Shown one piece after another: positions 19,392 through 30,302 of a DNA stretch of 58,743 bases. The position numbers were made by a program, and so were the translations under genes. Source of the DNA: an uncultured Bacilli bacterium (lineage in GTDB: Bacteria > Bacillota_I > Bacilli_A > RF39 > UBA660); NCBI GenBank assembly GCA_947629475.1, contig CANRDV010000001.1:1-58743 (forward strand). Direction: 5' to 3'. The first letter of the stretch is position 1. Every line of letters begins with the position of its first letter. The notes under the pieces are model-generated. The model ran no database searches. It was not told the DNA's origin and worked only from the letters and a program-made list of their open reading frames with translations.

Positions 19392-20462
19392 ATGAAAAAG
19401 ATAATCATAATTTTAATAATCGTAGTTTTATTAGTAATCTTAGGAATAGTAACTCCTATTGTATTTTTTAAGAATGATGTTATTATTAATGTTAACACAT
19501 CCTTAAAAACAAATGATTTTATTAATAAAGTTAGTTTAGGTAATTTTGAATCTAAAACTGTTGATACTTCTAAGATTGGGAAAAGGGAAGTAGAAATTAA
19601 AGTTAAATCTATTTTCGGAATTACTAAGAAGTATATAAGAACTTATCAAGTTTTAGATAATATAGCACCTACAATTGAAGGGAAGAGCGAGGTTGTTGTT
19701 TATCAAGGTGATACAATTGATTTACTTAAAGATGTAAAAGTTCAAGATAACTATGATAAGTATATCAAACCAACTCTTGATGGAAGTTATGATTTAAATA
19801 AAGTAGGTGAGTATAATTTAAAATATCTTGCTAAAGATACAAGTGGAAATGAAGCCTCTTTAGATTTAAAATTAAAAGTAATTGCTAAACAAAGTCCTGA
19901 GGTTTCTAGAACAAGCAAAGGTTATGCTATTGAAAATAGAAATGGTGTAACTTATATAAATGGTATTTTAATTGCTAATAAAACTTATGCTTTACCTAAA
20001 AATTATGGTAATGGATTAACCAAAGAAACGGAAGCGGCTTTTTATAAAATGCAAAGTGCAGCTAAAGAGGATGGATTAAGTTTAAAGATTGTAAGTGGAT
20101 TTAGGTCTTATCAAGACCAAGTAATTGTTTATAATAAATGGGTTAACAGAGACGGTAAGAGTGTTGCTGATACTTATTCTGCTAGAGCCGGACATTCGGA
20201 ACATCAATCAGGACTTGCAATGGATTTAAATTGGATTAGTAGTAAATTTGAGAATTCCAATGAATATAAATGGCTACAAGCTAATTCATATAAATATGGC
20301 TTTATTATGCGCTATCCTAAGAGTAAGCAAGAAATAACTGGTTATATCTATGAGCCATGGCATTATAGATATGTTGGATTAGAGTTATCAAAAGAACTTT
20401 ATAATAATGGTAATTGGATAACTTTAGAAGAATATTTAGGAATAGATAGTAAATATAAGTAA
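19392..20462 (+). CDS. VanY/M15B-type D-alanyl-D-alanine carboxypeptidase with N-terminal Ig-like domain
   Basis: Signal anchor, Ig-like repeat segment, and M15B motifs SGFRSYQDQ, SEHQSGLAMD and EPWHYRYVG. Confidence 0.85.
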   Translation: MKKIIIILIIVVLLVILGIVTPIVFFKNDVIINVNTSLKTNDFINKVSLGNFESKTVDTSKIGKREVEIKVKSIFGITKKYIRTYQVLDNIAPTIEGKSEVVVYQGDTIDLLKDVKVQDNYDKYIKPTLDGSYDLNKVGEYNLKYLAKDTSGNEASLDLKLKVIAKQSPEVSRTSKGYAIENRNGVTYINGILIANKTYALPKNYGNGLTKETEAAFYKMQSAAKEDGLSLKIVSGFRSYQDQVIVYNKWVNRDGKSVADTYSARAGHSEHQSGLAMDLNWISSKFENSNEYKWLQANSYKYGFIMRYPKSKQEITGYIYEPWHYRYVGLELSKELYNNGNWITLEEYLGIDSKYK

Positions 20463-20550
20463 ATATAAAGTATTTTGCTTAAAATATTCAAAAAAATTAA
20501 AATAATAAATATTATTATATTATAATTGACTATTTCTATATAAGACTGAA

Positions 20551-22036
20551 GGGTGTAAATTTTTTTTGTAGGCAAAAATAGTGGTTATTGGCTTAAATAG
20601 TCAACTACTATTTTTTCAATTTCATCCCAATGACCACTTTCATGATAACATCTTAAAGTAATTAAATAATTTGCTCCGTCAACACTCCATCTCATTCCTG
20701 CCTGCTTAAGTCTTTGCTGTACTACAGTTTTATTAGAACTTTCAATTGCACCACTTCCTACAAACCATCCGTTATGTTCATAAGTAGAATAATCTATTTT
20801 GTCTTTGTTATTTCTTAAATAAATCGGTAAGTTACAAACGGTTGACGGTATAATTATATCCTTGTATTTCTTCAATTCTTTTTCTATTAAATTATATTCT
20901 TTTGAGTAACAATAACCTATTATTTTATCTTTAAATTTTTCTACCTTTTTCATATCTTCTTTAAAAATAAATTTTCCATAATCATATATATTTTCTATTA
21001 AATGATATTTGTCTAATATCTGTATTGCTTCTGGAAATAACTCGCTTATCATATTTCTAAGCCAAGTTGCACCATCTGATAAGAAAACAATATTTTCATA
21101 TTTCCAATATTCAAGTTCTACTGCTTTTGCAAATATTAATATTCTAAAAATATCAACACTTCCTACGTAAGCAACATATTCCTTATGAAGTATTAAATTA
21201 GCTTTATTTTTTCTTTTATACAAATCGCTTTCTGAAAATAATATTCCTAACTTATTTTCTTTCCAAGTGGAACCATTTTCATCTTCAACTCTAGTATTAA
21301 CTGCTGCTCCATCTGCTTGTATATATATAGTACCTTTTTTATTAATACAATTAATATCAATATTTGTTCTATTGTCCCAAATCTTTATTGCTTTATCATA
21401 ATTATAATCAAAAACTATTTTGCCTATAAATTCTGTTATTTTTAAAACGTTATTTGTACAAACTTCTATATTATAAATTCTTTTGATTATTTCTTTTGCT
21501 CTTTTGAACGAAGATTGATTTTGTCCCCAAAAAGCAATTTCAATCATTGCTCTTATCGATACTTTAAATGGCAATTTATCTATTCCAAGATATTCATCTA
21601 AAGGGACTATTAGCCTACTTTTTAAATCATAATTTTCTAAATCTATATCACCAACTATTTGTAATGTAGTTCTATAAATTGTTATTTTTCCTGTTAATAA
21701 GATTAGTTCTAATTTTCTTTGACCCAAATTTTTTAATTGATATCCATTCTTTCCCCATTCTTGTTTTTTTTACTAATTAATCTTTTTTCATCAATATGAC
21801 ATCCTAATAATTCTTCAGTGTGCTTTATTAATTCCTTTTTATATTCATCAATATTATCTAGCATTAAATTTTCAAGAGTATTAATATTCATATTATCTTG
21901 ATGTACTAATTCATCAAATTCTCGTTCAAATTTTTCTAACTTTTCTTCTTTTATTTTCATACTTAAATCACACTACCTTTAATATAATTTAAGTATACCA
22001 CAAAACTGCTTTTACCTACAAAAAAAATTTACACCC
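20551..22036 (-). mobile_element. IS element (ISLre2/UPF0236-like), 1486 bp
   Basis: Perfect 22-bp terminal inverted repeats GGGTGTAAATTTTTTTTGTAGG (20551-20572 and 22015-22036). They are flanked by the 8-bp direct repeat AGACTGAA (20543-20550 and 22037-22044). Confidence 0.85.
20585..21960 (-). CDS. Transposase in two frames (75 aa + 380 aa) joined across an A8 run
   Basis: ORFs 21733..21960 and 20585..21727. The downstream frame is open from the A8 run (about 21764-21771). One extra A, or a -1 slip, fuses them. SDGATWL and DKYHL motifs resemble ISLre2-type DDE transposases. Confidence 0.7.
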
Positions 22037-22105
22037 AGACTGAATGACTTACTTGCTTTTTTTCTTTAAATGTGATATAATTGTTAGGTATGAAAGAGGT
22101 GGGTT

Positions 22106-23344
22106 ATGGAAAATTTTGATACTACCAAAAAATATTATAAAGGAAATTTAGTATTACTTGGTAAAAAGAATTTATCAAATGAAAAACTAATTGCAAGTTA
22201 TAATTATTTAGAAAAAAAATTAGAATTTAAAGAAGACTTTACTAATCAAGAAAAAATGATTCTTTCAAGATATTTAAATGCTATTATGAAATCATGTCGA
22301 GCAACCAGACGTGATATAGTAGAAATATTTTCTAAACTATTTGATAAAGATAAATTAGGTACTTTAAATATTGAAACAACTCTTTTACCAATTATTTATA
22401 CTAAAGAAAATAATATAGCAAGAGAATTGCACTCTAAGGCTCTTTTTCCAATATTAGAAAATAGTGATATAGACTTAGATTACTTTATTGAAGTTGAAGA
22501 TTATCCTAAAGAATCAATATCAAATTATAAAGTTCAAGCAAGTTCAAGAATAACTTATCCTAATGCAAATGAAATTAAAGTTGCTTTAGTATCTGAAAAA
22601 GAAGCAAGTTTAGATGAAGTTATTAATTATCAAAGAATGTTTAAAAGAATAATTGGTATTAATTATAAAAAGAAACAAGAATATCAAGATAAGATTAATA
22701 GTTTAGCAAATAAAAATGGTCATATTAAAGTAAATAATACAAGTATAAGACAAGATATAAGATTATCTTTAATGGAAAAAGTTGAATATGAATTAGCAAT
22801 TCTTGGTAATAAGAATTTAGAATTATATAATCAAATAAATAATACTTATAAAAATCTAAAAAAATCAATTACAGTTGAAGGATTAATAGAATTATTAAAT
22901 GAAATGGAAGTTATTAAAACCTTTAATTTAAACTATCGAACAGATATTTTAGGTTATATAAGTAGAGTTAAAGAAAAGTATTTATTAGATTTTAAAAACA
23001 ATTTAAATGATAATACTAATATTTCTTATGTAGAAGAAATTGCTAGGTTATTTTATAAACAACAAAATTCTTATAGTGCCATGGAGAAAAGGACAACTGA
23101 GGTGGATTTGGCTTATATATATTTAATTGAAGTCTATAGAAATAAAGAAATATTAGATATAAATAATTTAGAAAATAGTTATTTTAAAGAATTATTAAAA
23201 ACAATTGTTCTTTGTTTAAAAGCTTTAGAAAAAGAAGAAATAATTACTTTAAATGAAATTAATTTAGAAAAAGAATTAACTATTCAAGAAGTATTTGATT
23301 ATATTAAAAGTATTGAAATAAAAGAACATAGCAAAAATAAATAA
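22106..23344 (+). CDS. Hypothetical protein (412 aa)
   Basis: Long ORF with GAGGTGG RBS. No recognisable motif. Confidence 0.55.
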   Translation: MENFDTTKKYYKGNLVLLGKKNLSNEKLIASYNYLEKKLEFKEDFTNQEKMILSRYLNAIMKSCRATRRDIVEIFSKLFDKDKLGTLNIETTLLPIIYTKENNIARELHSKALFPILENSDIDLDYFIEVEDYPKESISNYKVQASSRITYPNANEIKVALVSEKEASLDEVINYQRMFKRIIGINYKKKQEYQDKINSLANKNGHIKVNNTSIRQDIRLSLMEKVEYELAILGNKNLELYNQINNTYKNLKKSITVEGLIELLNEMEVIKTFNLNYRTDILGYISRVKEKYLLDFKNNLNDNTNISYVEEIARLFYKQQNSYSAMEKRTTEVDLAYIYLIEVYRNKEILDINNLENSYFKELLKTIVLCLKALEKEEIITLNEINLEKELTIQEVFDYIKSIEIKEHSKNK

Positions 23345-23359
23345 AATTATGGGGGGTTT

Positions 23360-24187
23360 ATGGAAGAAGTATTTATATTGCAAAGTAATAAAAGTAATGG
23401 GCCGATTTCGGCTCAAAAGAGATTTTATCCTGAGTCTATGACAAAAGATGAAATAAAGAAAGATTTAACTATAAGAAGAATGAAGTTAGGGCAAGAATAT
23501 GGTTTTGATGGAAGAAAGATGATGATACCGGTTGTTAAAGGTCCAAATGAAAGAGATAAGTATCCTGATGGAAAATATGTTGTTTTAAATAATTGTCCTG
23601 AGGTGTATAGAGATGATGTTGATTTATGGGACTATGATTATAATGTTGATATTATGGTTATGAAAAAAGGTTTAACCGGAGTTATGATGGGATTTCCAAG
23701 TGCTGATTGTCCAGTTATCATTATGCAAGATAGAAAATCAAAAACCTTAGCATTTGCCCATTGTAGTGCCGATTGCATTGATAGGAATTTACCGATAATG
23801 ATTGCGGATAGCCTAAATCAAGTATCAAATACAAAAGATGAAGATATTATAGTCTATGTAGGACCTTGTGCAGCAAGTAAATCTTATTATTACGATAATT
23901 ATCCAAGATGGGCAGTTAATGATAAAATCTGGAAATATTGTATTAAAGAAAAAGGTGGACATTTTTATATTGATTTAAGAAGAGCCATTATCATGGAACT
24001 TGCTTTAAGAAATATTGAATATCAAAACATTGAGTTTTCAAGAGTAGATACAATTACTAATCCTGATTATTATTCAAATCATGCTACAAGTATGGGAATT
24101 CCTGATAAAAATGGACGTATCTTAGTTGGATGTGGATTTCTAAATCAAGAAGATATGGTTAAAACATATGGAATTAAATTCAGATAA
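23360..24187 (+). CDS. Possible DUF152/PgeF (YfiH)-like protein
   Basis: Size and the segment PSADCPVIIM....AFAHCSADC resemble the ADC..HAGWRG core of YfiH/PgeF, but it is divergent. Confidence 0.4.
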   Translation: MEEVFILQSNKSNGPISAQKRFYPESMTKDEIKKDLTIRRMKLGQEYGFDGRKMMIPVVKGPNERDKYPDGKYVVLNNCPEVYRDDVDLWDYDYNVDIMVMKKGLTGVMMGFPSADCPVIIMQDRKSKTLAFAHCSADCIDRNLPIMIADSLNQVSNTKDEDIIVYVGPCAASKSYYYDNYPRWAVNDKIWKYCIKEKGGHFYIDLRRAIIMELALRNIEYQNIEFSRVDTITNPDYYSNHATSMGIPDKNGRILVGCGFLNQEDMVKTYGIKFR

Positions 24188-24205
24188 AATTATGAAGTTT
24201 TTATG

Positions 24206-24235
24206 AAATGACAAGAATATCTTGTCATTTTGTTT
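24206..24235 (+). terminator. Rho-independent terminator
   Basis: AAATGACAAG-aatat-CTTGTCATTT hairpin followed by a T-rich tail. Confidence 0.7.
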
Positions 24236-24279
24236 AAAAAAATATATAATATACTATATTAATATTAAAGGAGGTAATT

Positions 24280-25662
24280 ATGAAATTTTATAATACTTTA
24301 ACAAGAACGATTGATGAGTTTCATCCTAATCAAGGAAATGAAGTTAAGATGTATACTTGTGGACCTACTGTTTATCATTATGCCCATATAGGAAACTTAA
24401 GAAGTTATATTGAAGAAGATTTACTTGAAAAAGCTTTAAATTATTTAGGTTATCATGTTACAAGAGTAATGAATATAACGGATGTTGGACATTTAACAAG
24501 TGATGCTGATACTGGTGAAGATAAGATGGTTAAAGGTGCAATCCGAGAGAAAAAAAGTGTTTTAGATATAGCTAAATTCTATACTGATGCTTTCTTTCAA
24601 GATTGTGAATGTTTAAATATCAAGAAACCTGAGATTGTGGTTCCAGCAACATCTGAAATAAATGAATACATTAAAATAATTACTAAATTACTTGAAACAG
24701 GCTATGCCTATCTTTCCGGAGGTAATGTTTACTTTGATACATCCAAATTAAAAGATTACTATGTTTTAACTAATCATAAAGAAGAAGAGTTAATGGTTGG
24801 AGTAAGAGATGATGTTTTAGAAGATTCAAGTAAAAGAAATAAAACCGACTTTGTTTTATGGTTTACAAAATCAAAATTTCAAGACCAAGAATTAAAATGG
24901 GAATCTCCTTGGGGCTTAGGTTATCCCGGTTGGCATATTGAATGCTCTGGCATTTCCATGAAATATTTAGGAGAATACTTAGATATTCATTGTGGAGGAG
25001 TAGATAATATTTTTCCCCATCATACAAATGAAATTGCTCAAAGTGAATCTTATTTAGGACACAAATGGTGTAATTATTGGTTCCATGTTGAACACTTAAA
25101 TGATAAAAATGGTAAAATGAGTAAATCAAATGGAGATTTCTTAACTGTATCTTTATTAAAATCTAAAGGTTATAATCCCTTAAGTTATAGATATATGGTT
25201 TTAAATAGTCATTATCAAAAACCTCTTGAATTTACATATGATGCCTTAGACCAAGCAGAGAATACTTATTTAAAATTAAAAAATAAAATAAATTCTTTAA
25301 GTAAAGATGGAACTTTAGATAAAAAATCGTTTCAAGAATTTGATGATAAATTTAAAGATGCTTTAAGTAATAATTTAAATACTTCCCTTGCTTTAACAGT
25401 TTTATATGATGTAATAAAAAGTGATATAAATGATTATACTAAAAGAGAACTAATTAAAAGTTTTGATAAAGTTTTATCCCTTGATTTAGATGTTGTAGAA
25501 GAGTTAGAAATACCATCTAATGTCATAGAACTTGTTAATTTAAGAGATAAATATAAAAAAGAAAAGAATTATTTTGAAGCAGATAAAGTAAGAGAACAAG
25601 TCTTAGAATTAGGTTATAAAATTTTAGATACAAGAAGCGGAAGTAAAATAGAAAAAATATAG
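24280..25662 (+). CDS. cysS: Cysteine--tRNA ligase
   Basis: HIGN and KMSKS class I signatures. CGPTVYHYAHIGN N-terminus. Confidence 0.95.
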   Translation: MKFYNTLTRTIDEFHPNQGNEVKMYTCGPTVYHYAHIGNLRSYIEEDLLEKALNYLGYHVTRVMNITDVGHLTSDADTGEDKMVKGAIREKKSVLDIAKFYTDAFFQDCECLNIKKPEIVVPATSEINEYIKIITKLLETGYAYLSGGNVYFDTSKLKDYYVLTNHKEEELMVGVRDDVLEDSSKRNKTDFVLWFTKSKFQDQELKWESPWGLGYPGWHIECSGISMKYLGEYLDIHCGGVDNIFPHHTNEIAQSESYLGHKWCNYWFHVEHLNDKNGKMSKSNGDFLTVSLLKSKGYNPLSYRYMVLNSHYQKPLEFTYDALDQAENTYLKLKNKINSLSKDGTLDKKSFQEFDDKFKDALSNNLNTSLALTVLYDVIKSDINDYTKRELIKSFDKVLSLDLDVVEELEIPSNVIELVNLRDKYKKEKNYFEADKVREQVLELGYKILDTRSGSKIEKI

Positions 25663-25673
25663 GAGATGATTAA

Positions 25674-26366
25674 ATGTTTTATTATTATTTTGACCCAACA
25701 TATGTATTAGTCTTAATTGGTTTAGTAATAACCATAATTGCTCAGATTTTTGTTTCAACATCTTATAGTAAGTATAAGAAAATTAGCTCAAAATCTAAAA
25801 TGGAAGGTTTTGAAGTTGCTAGAAAAATTCTTGATGAGAATGGACTTAAGGATGTTGATATTGTTGAAACCAGAGGAGAATTAACTGACCACTATGACCC
25901 AACAAGGAAAGTGGTTAGATTATCAACTGATATTTTCCATGGAGCAACCATTGCATCAGCTTCTGTTGCTGCCCATGAATGTGGTCATGCCGTTCAAGAT
26001 AAAGAAGGATATTTCTTCTTAAGATTAAGAGCTAAAATCTTACCAATTGTAAATATTTCAACTAAAGCCGGTTACATTGCCCTTATGATTGGTTTATTAT
26101 TTGGTATGATGGAATTATTCTGGGTTGGAATTATTTTAGAACTTGCTATTTTAGTTTTCCAATTAATAACCCTTCCCGTTGAATTTGATGCTTCAAGAAG
26201 AGCTGCCGAGTTCTTAAAGAAAGAAGCCTTAATTGAAGAAAAAGAACAAGAAGGAAGTAAAAGAATGTTAAGAGCAGCAGCTATGACTTATGTTGCATCC
26301 GTCGTTTCAACCTTACTTCAAATCTTAAGATTAATCCTAATTGCTGTTGGAAGTGACCGAGATTAA
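25674..26366 (+). CDS. Membrane zinc metallopeptidase (YugP-like)
   Basis: HECGHAVQ zinc motif with flanking TM helices. Confidence 0.8.
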   Translation: MFYYYFDPTYVLVLIGLVITIIAQIFVSTSYSKYKKISSKSKMEGFEVARKILDENGLKDVDIVETRGELTDHYDPTRKVVRLSTDIFHGATIASASVAAHECGHAVQDKEGYFFLRLRAKILPIVNISTKAGYIALMIGLLFGMMELFWVGIILELAILVFQLITLPVEFDASRRAAEFLKKEALIEEKEQEGSKRMLRAAAMTYVASVVSTLLQILRLILIAVGSDRD

Positions 26367-26737
26367 TGAATACTTTAGAAGTAAACTCTTTAACTTTGGC
26401 TTATTTAGGAGACTCGGTTTATGAAAGTTATATAAGAGAATATTTAATTAAAAAGAAAATTGCACATGTTAAAGACTTACAAGAAAAATCATTAGAATTT
26501 GTAAGTGCTAAAAGTCAAGCTAGAATTTTAAAAGAATTAATTAATAAAAACATCTTCAATGACACGGAACTTGAAATAATAAAAAGAGCCAGAAACACCA
26601 AAGTAAATACCCATCCCAAAAGTTGCAGTATAATTGAATACCATGATGCAACTTCATTTGAAGCCTTAATAGGTTTCTTGAAACTTGAAAATAATATAGA
26701 AAGGATAGAAGAGATAATCAAAGAAATTATCGAGTGA
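26366..26737 (+). CDS. mrnC: Mini-ribonuclease 3
   Basis: LAYLGDSVYE RNase III-like signature. cysS-mrnC-rlmB synteny. Confidence 0.9.
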   Translation: MNTLEVNSLTLAYLGDSVYESYIREYLIKKKIAHVKDLQEKSLEFVSAKSQARILKELINKNIFNDTELEIIKRARNTKVNTHPKSCSIIEYHDATSFEALIGFLKLENNIERIEEIIKEIIE

Positions 26738-27438
26738 AAAGTATGTTAGTAAGTGGTCGTAATAATGTTAAAGAAATATTAAATAACTTTGAAAATAAAA
26801 AAGATATAAAAAGAGCTATTGTTAGTTCTAACTTTAATGAACAAAATATCTTAAAATTAATTAATAAATATAAAATTCCAATAACTTATAAAGAAAAAAT
26901 GGAACTTGATAAACTAGTTCATAATAACCATCAAGGAGTAATTCTTGAAGTTAAAGACTTTGAATATAGTGATTTAGATGAATTAATTGAAAATTCCGAT
27001 AAACTTGTAATCTTAGACCACTTAGAAGACCCTCATAATTTAGGAGCCATTATTAGAACGGTTGAAGCGAGTGGAATAGATGGAATTATTCTTCCCATAA
27101 ATAGAAGTGTTTCAGTTAATGAAACTGTTATGAAAACGAGTGTTGGAGCTTTATATAACGTTAAAATAGCAAGAGTAGTAAACTTAAATCAAACTATTAA
27201 AAAGTTAAAAGATAAAGGTTTCTATATAATTGGAACGGATATGGATGGAGAGGACTATCGTACTCTTGAATTTCCTGAAAAATCCGTTTTAGTAATAGGA
27301 AGTGAAGGTTTTGGAATCTCAAGACTTGTTAAAGAATCTTGTGACTTTATTGCAAAAATTCCAATGAACGGTAAGATTAATAGCTTAAATGCCTCAGTTG
27401 CAGCTGGGATTATGATATATGAAATGATTAGAAAGTAG
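26734..27438 (+). CDS. rlmB: TrmH/SpoU family 23S rRNA 2'-O-methyltransferase (RlmB/YacO-like)
   Basis: SPOUT motifs DPHNLGAIIRT, LVIGSEGFGIS and SLNASVAAGI. Confidence 0.85.
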   Translation: MKSMLVSGRNNVKEILNNFENKKDIKRAIVSSNFNEQNILKLINKYKIPITYKEKMELDKLVHNNHQGVILEVKDFEYSDLDELIENSDKLVILDHLEDPHNLGAIIRTVEASGIDGIILPINRSVSVNETVMKTSVGALYNVKIARVVNLNQTIKKLKDKGFYIIGTDMDGEDYRTLEFPEKSVLVIGSEGFGISRLVKESCDFIAKIPMNGKINSLNASVAAGIMIYEMIRK

Positions 27439-27444
27439 GTAGTT

Positions 27445-28059
27445 ATGTATAGAGAACTTGATGATAATGAACTTTTATATATGATAAATGATAGTGATGA
27501 TAACTATGATTATTTATTATTAAAATATAAACCCCTTATCTTTAATATTTGTAAAGAATATGAAGTAGGAGGAAGAGAATTAGGGTATGAACTAGAAGAC
27601 TTAATTCAAATAGCCTATCTAGCTCTTTTCAATGCTATTAAAACATATAAAGAAAAGAAAAACGTTTTATTTTATACCTATATGATAAAATGTATCAAAA
27701 ATAGTTTAAACAACGAATTTAGAAATCAATTAACTAATAAAAAAATAGTTTTAAATAAAGCTCTTCCATATGATATACCTTTATCAGATACTTCAAGAGC
27801 AATTATTGAATTAATACCAGATACATCTTCCCCAGACCCTTTGAATTTTTTACTAGAAGAAATGGAAGAAGTTGCTTATACTAATTTCTTAAATTCTTTA
27901 CCAATTGAAACAGCTGTAAGTTATGAAATGAAAAATCAAGATATTAAAGAAACTGATATAGCAAGATTTTTAGATACTGATGAAAAAACTATTAGAAGAT
28001 ATCTAAGAGAAGCTAAAAAAGCCTATGATAAAGCTACTTTAAAGTTTCAATCCTTGTAA
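27445..28059 (+). CDS. Sigma-70 family sigma factor (SigH-like by position)
   Basis: Region 2-like segment DLIQIAYLALFNAIKTY. The position after rlmB matches the Bacillus sigH locus. Confidence 0.65.
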   Translation: MYRELDDNELLYMINDSDDNYDYLLLKYKPLIFNICKEYEVGGRELGYELEDLIQIAYLALFNAIKTYKEKKNVLFYTYMIKCIKNSLNNEFRNQLTNKKIVLNKALPYDIPLSDTSRAIIELIPDTSSPDPLNFLLEEMEEVAYTNFLNSLPIETAVSYEMKNQDIKETDIARFLDTDEKTIRRYLREAKKAYDKATLKFQSL

Positions 28060-28152
28060 TAAAGTAAAAAGAACTATAAAAAAGTGTAAAAAGTACTTGT
28101 AAAAACTAATTAATTAAGGTACAATAGGTATTGAATTTAAGGAGAAATCATT

Positions 28153-28701
28153 ATGAAGAAAAAAGAATACAAAAAAAGAATGGAAAAAGAAAAGAAAGCT
28201 TTAAAAGACTTTCAAGAAACAGATACTACTAAAAGCATTAGAAATGGTATAATTATTGCTGTTTGTGTCCTTGCTTTTTTAGGTTTAATGTTTGCATTTA
28301 CAAAAGTAAAAACTGGTGAGTGGAATTTATTTACTAGAAAAAATAATATTACTTATAAGGCTGAAGCGCAAACGGTTAAAGTTTTATGTGGTCAAGTCTT
28401 AAATAGAAGTGAAAGTGAATACTTTGTTCTAGCTTATGATATGCAAGATGAAAGTGCAAGTTTATACGAAAGTATTCTAGAAAGATATGACCAATCATCA
28501 AAGAAAATAACTGTTCATAAATTAGACCTTGCTAATAGTAGAAACAATATTTGTAAATCTGATAGTCTAGTTTTAAGTAATGATATAACTAAATTAAAAT
28601 TAAGTGAACCAACTCTACTTAAAATTAAAGATTCCAAAATAGAAAATTCTTATACAGACTATGAAACAATAAAAAATACATTATATTCTTATGTAGATTA
28701 G
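28153..28701 (+). CDS. Hypothetical membrane-anchored protein (182 aa)
   Basis: AAGGAGA RBS, basic N-terminus and a single TM helix. Confidence 0.55.
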   Translation: MKKKEYKKRMEKEKKALKDFQETDTTKSIRNGIIIAVCVLAFLGLMFAFTKVKTGEWNLFTRKNNITYKAEAQTVKVLCGQVLNRSESEYFVLAYDMQDESASLYESILERYDQSSKKITVHKLDLANSRNNICKSDSLVLSNDITKLKLSEPTLLKIKDSKIENSYTDYETIKNTLYSYVD

Positions 28702-28758
28702 TGTCAACTAACTACTTTTTTTTTACATTTTGTTTTATAATTATATTAGGTGAAGTGT

Positions 28759-29508
28759 ATGTTAAGTATTAATAATTTAAACTATAAAAATTTATACAAT
28801 GACTTTAATTTAGAAATACCTAAAAATAACTTTATAACAATTCTTGGAACTAATCGAAGTGGTAAAACAATTTTAACCAAAATTATCTCAGGAATTATTC
28901 CAACAACTGATACTTGTATTTTAGATAACATTAGTTTAAATAAAAATACAGTTTTAACTTATTTAACTAAACTTGGAGTAGTATCTAATGATTTTAATCA
29001 AGAATTTCTATTTAAAAAAGTAAAAGAAGAACTTGCTTATCCTCTTTTAAACTTAGGATATCCTGAGGCTAAACTTAATAAAAGAATTAAAGATATTAGT
29101 AAATACTTTGAAATAGAAGACTTATTAAATAAAAATATAGAAGACTTAAGTATCTCTAAAAGAAAATTACTATTAATTATAATTTCCATTATTCATGAAC
29201 CAAGATTAGTAGTCTTAGATGATGCTTTTTTAGAAATGAATAAGTCTGATAAATATTTCATGATTAATAAATTAAATAACTTAAAGAAAAAAGGTTTAAC
29301 TATTTTAAATTTAACAAGTGATATAGAAACAACCATTACAAGTGATAAAATTTATATCTTAGATAACTTTAATTTAGAAGATTATAAAGAAGATTCAAGA
29401 TTTAAAGAATCATTTATAATTCAATTATCTAATAAATTAAAAGAACTAGAAGTAACTTCTCAAACATATTTTAACATGGAAGACTTAGTAGGTGCCTTAT
29501 GGAAATAA
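28759..29508 (+). CDS. ECF-transporter EcfA-position ABC ATPase-like protein, motifs degenerate
   Basis: Walker A GTNRSGKT is intact. The signature reads LSISKR (not LSGGQ), Walker B reads VVLDDAF (no catalytic Glu), and the H-loop reads LTSD. Synteny is ecfA-ecfA-ecfT-truA. Confidence 0.65.
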   Translation: MLSINNLNYKNLYNDFNLEIPKNNFITILGTNRSGKTILTKIISGIIPTTDTCILDNISLNKNTVLTYLTKLGVVSNDFNQEFLFKKVKEELAYPLLNLGYPEAKLNKRIKDISKYFEIEDLLNKNIEDLSISKRKLLLIIISIIHEPRLVVLDDAFLEMNKSDKYFMINKLNNLKKKGLTILNLTSDIETTITSDKIYILDNFNLEDYKEDSRFKESFIIQLSNKLKELEVTSQTYFNMEDLVGALWK

Positions 29509-30302
29509 AATTCATGAATATATATAATAAAAAATATAAAATAAAAAAACTTAACTTAAAAATACTTAATAATAAAATAACTGGAATACTAGGTGATACT
29601 AATAACCTAATTGCTAACTTATTAACTAATAATCTTGACTATAAAGGAATAATCATGTTTGATAATTTAAATATCTTAGGATATGATTTAAATAAAATTA
29701 GTTATATTAAAAAAATAGATAGAAATACTTTCTTAACTAAATTAGTAAGTGATGAATTTTATTTAAAAAAGAAAAATATAGATATAAAAGATACTATTTA
29801 TTTAGAAAAAATAATATCATCTTTAAGAATGGTTGGTTTAGATGATAATTATTTAAAAAGAGAAATTAGAACTCTTTCTAAGTCTGAGGCAAGATTACTT
29901 GAAATAGCTTTAGGTTTAATTAAAAATCCTGAATTAATCATAATTGAAGAACCATTTTTATATTTAGATAATAAATATTATTATAATATTCAAAAAATAA
30001 TAAAAGATTTAAAAGAAAAATATGATAAAACTATTATTATTTTAAGTCAAGATACTAATCTTTTATATGAATTAACAGATAATCTAATAATACTATCTAA
30101 TAACCAAGTATTAGTAAGTGGAAAAACTAAAGTAATCTTTAAAGATAAAGAATTTTTAACAAATAAAAATATTAATTTACCAGATATCTTATTATTTAAA
30201 GAATTAGTAAGTAATAAAGGAATAGATTTTAGTAATTTAAATACAATTGATGAAATAGTAAAGGGGGTAGTTGAAAATGTTCAAGAAAATAACTCGGATT
30301 AA
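29499..30302 (+). CDS. Second EcfA-position ABC ATPase-like protein, Walker A lost
   Basis: The Walker A position reads GILGDTNNLIAN (no GKS/T). The signature is LSKSE, Walker B is IIIEEPF, and the H-loop is LSQD. Confidence 0.6.
   Translation: MEIKFMNIYNKKYKIKKLNLKILNNKITGILGDTNNLIANLLTNNLDYKGIIMFDNLNILGYDLNKISYIKKIDRNTFLTKLVSDEFYLKKKNIDIKDTIYLEKIISSLRMVGLDDNYLKREIRTLSKSEARLLEIALGLIKNPELIIIEEPFLYLDNKYYYNIQKIIKDLKEKYDKTIIILSQDTNLLYELTDNLIILSNNQVLVSGKTKVIFKDKEFLTNKNINLPDILLFKELVSNKGIDFSNLNTIDEIVKGVVENVQENNSD

Noticed and set aside
24188-24279. Looked for a T-box leader upstream of cysS.
   Set aside because: The intergenic region is only about 90 nt. It consists of a terminator hairpin plus a promoter-like AT-rich stretch. 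There is no specifier-loop or T-box sequence.
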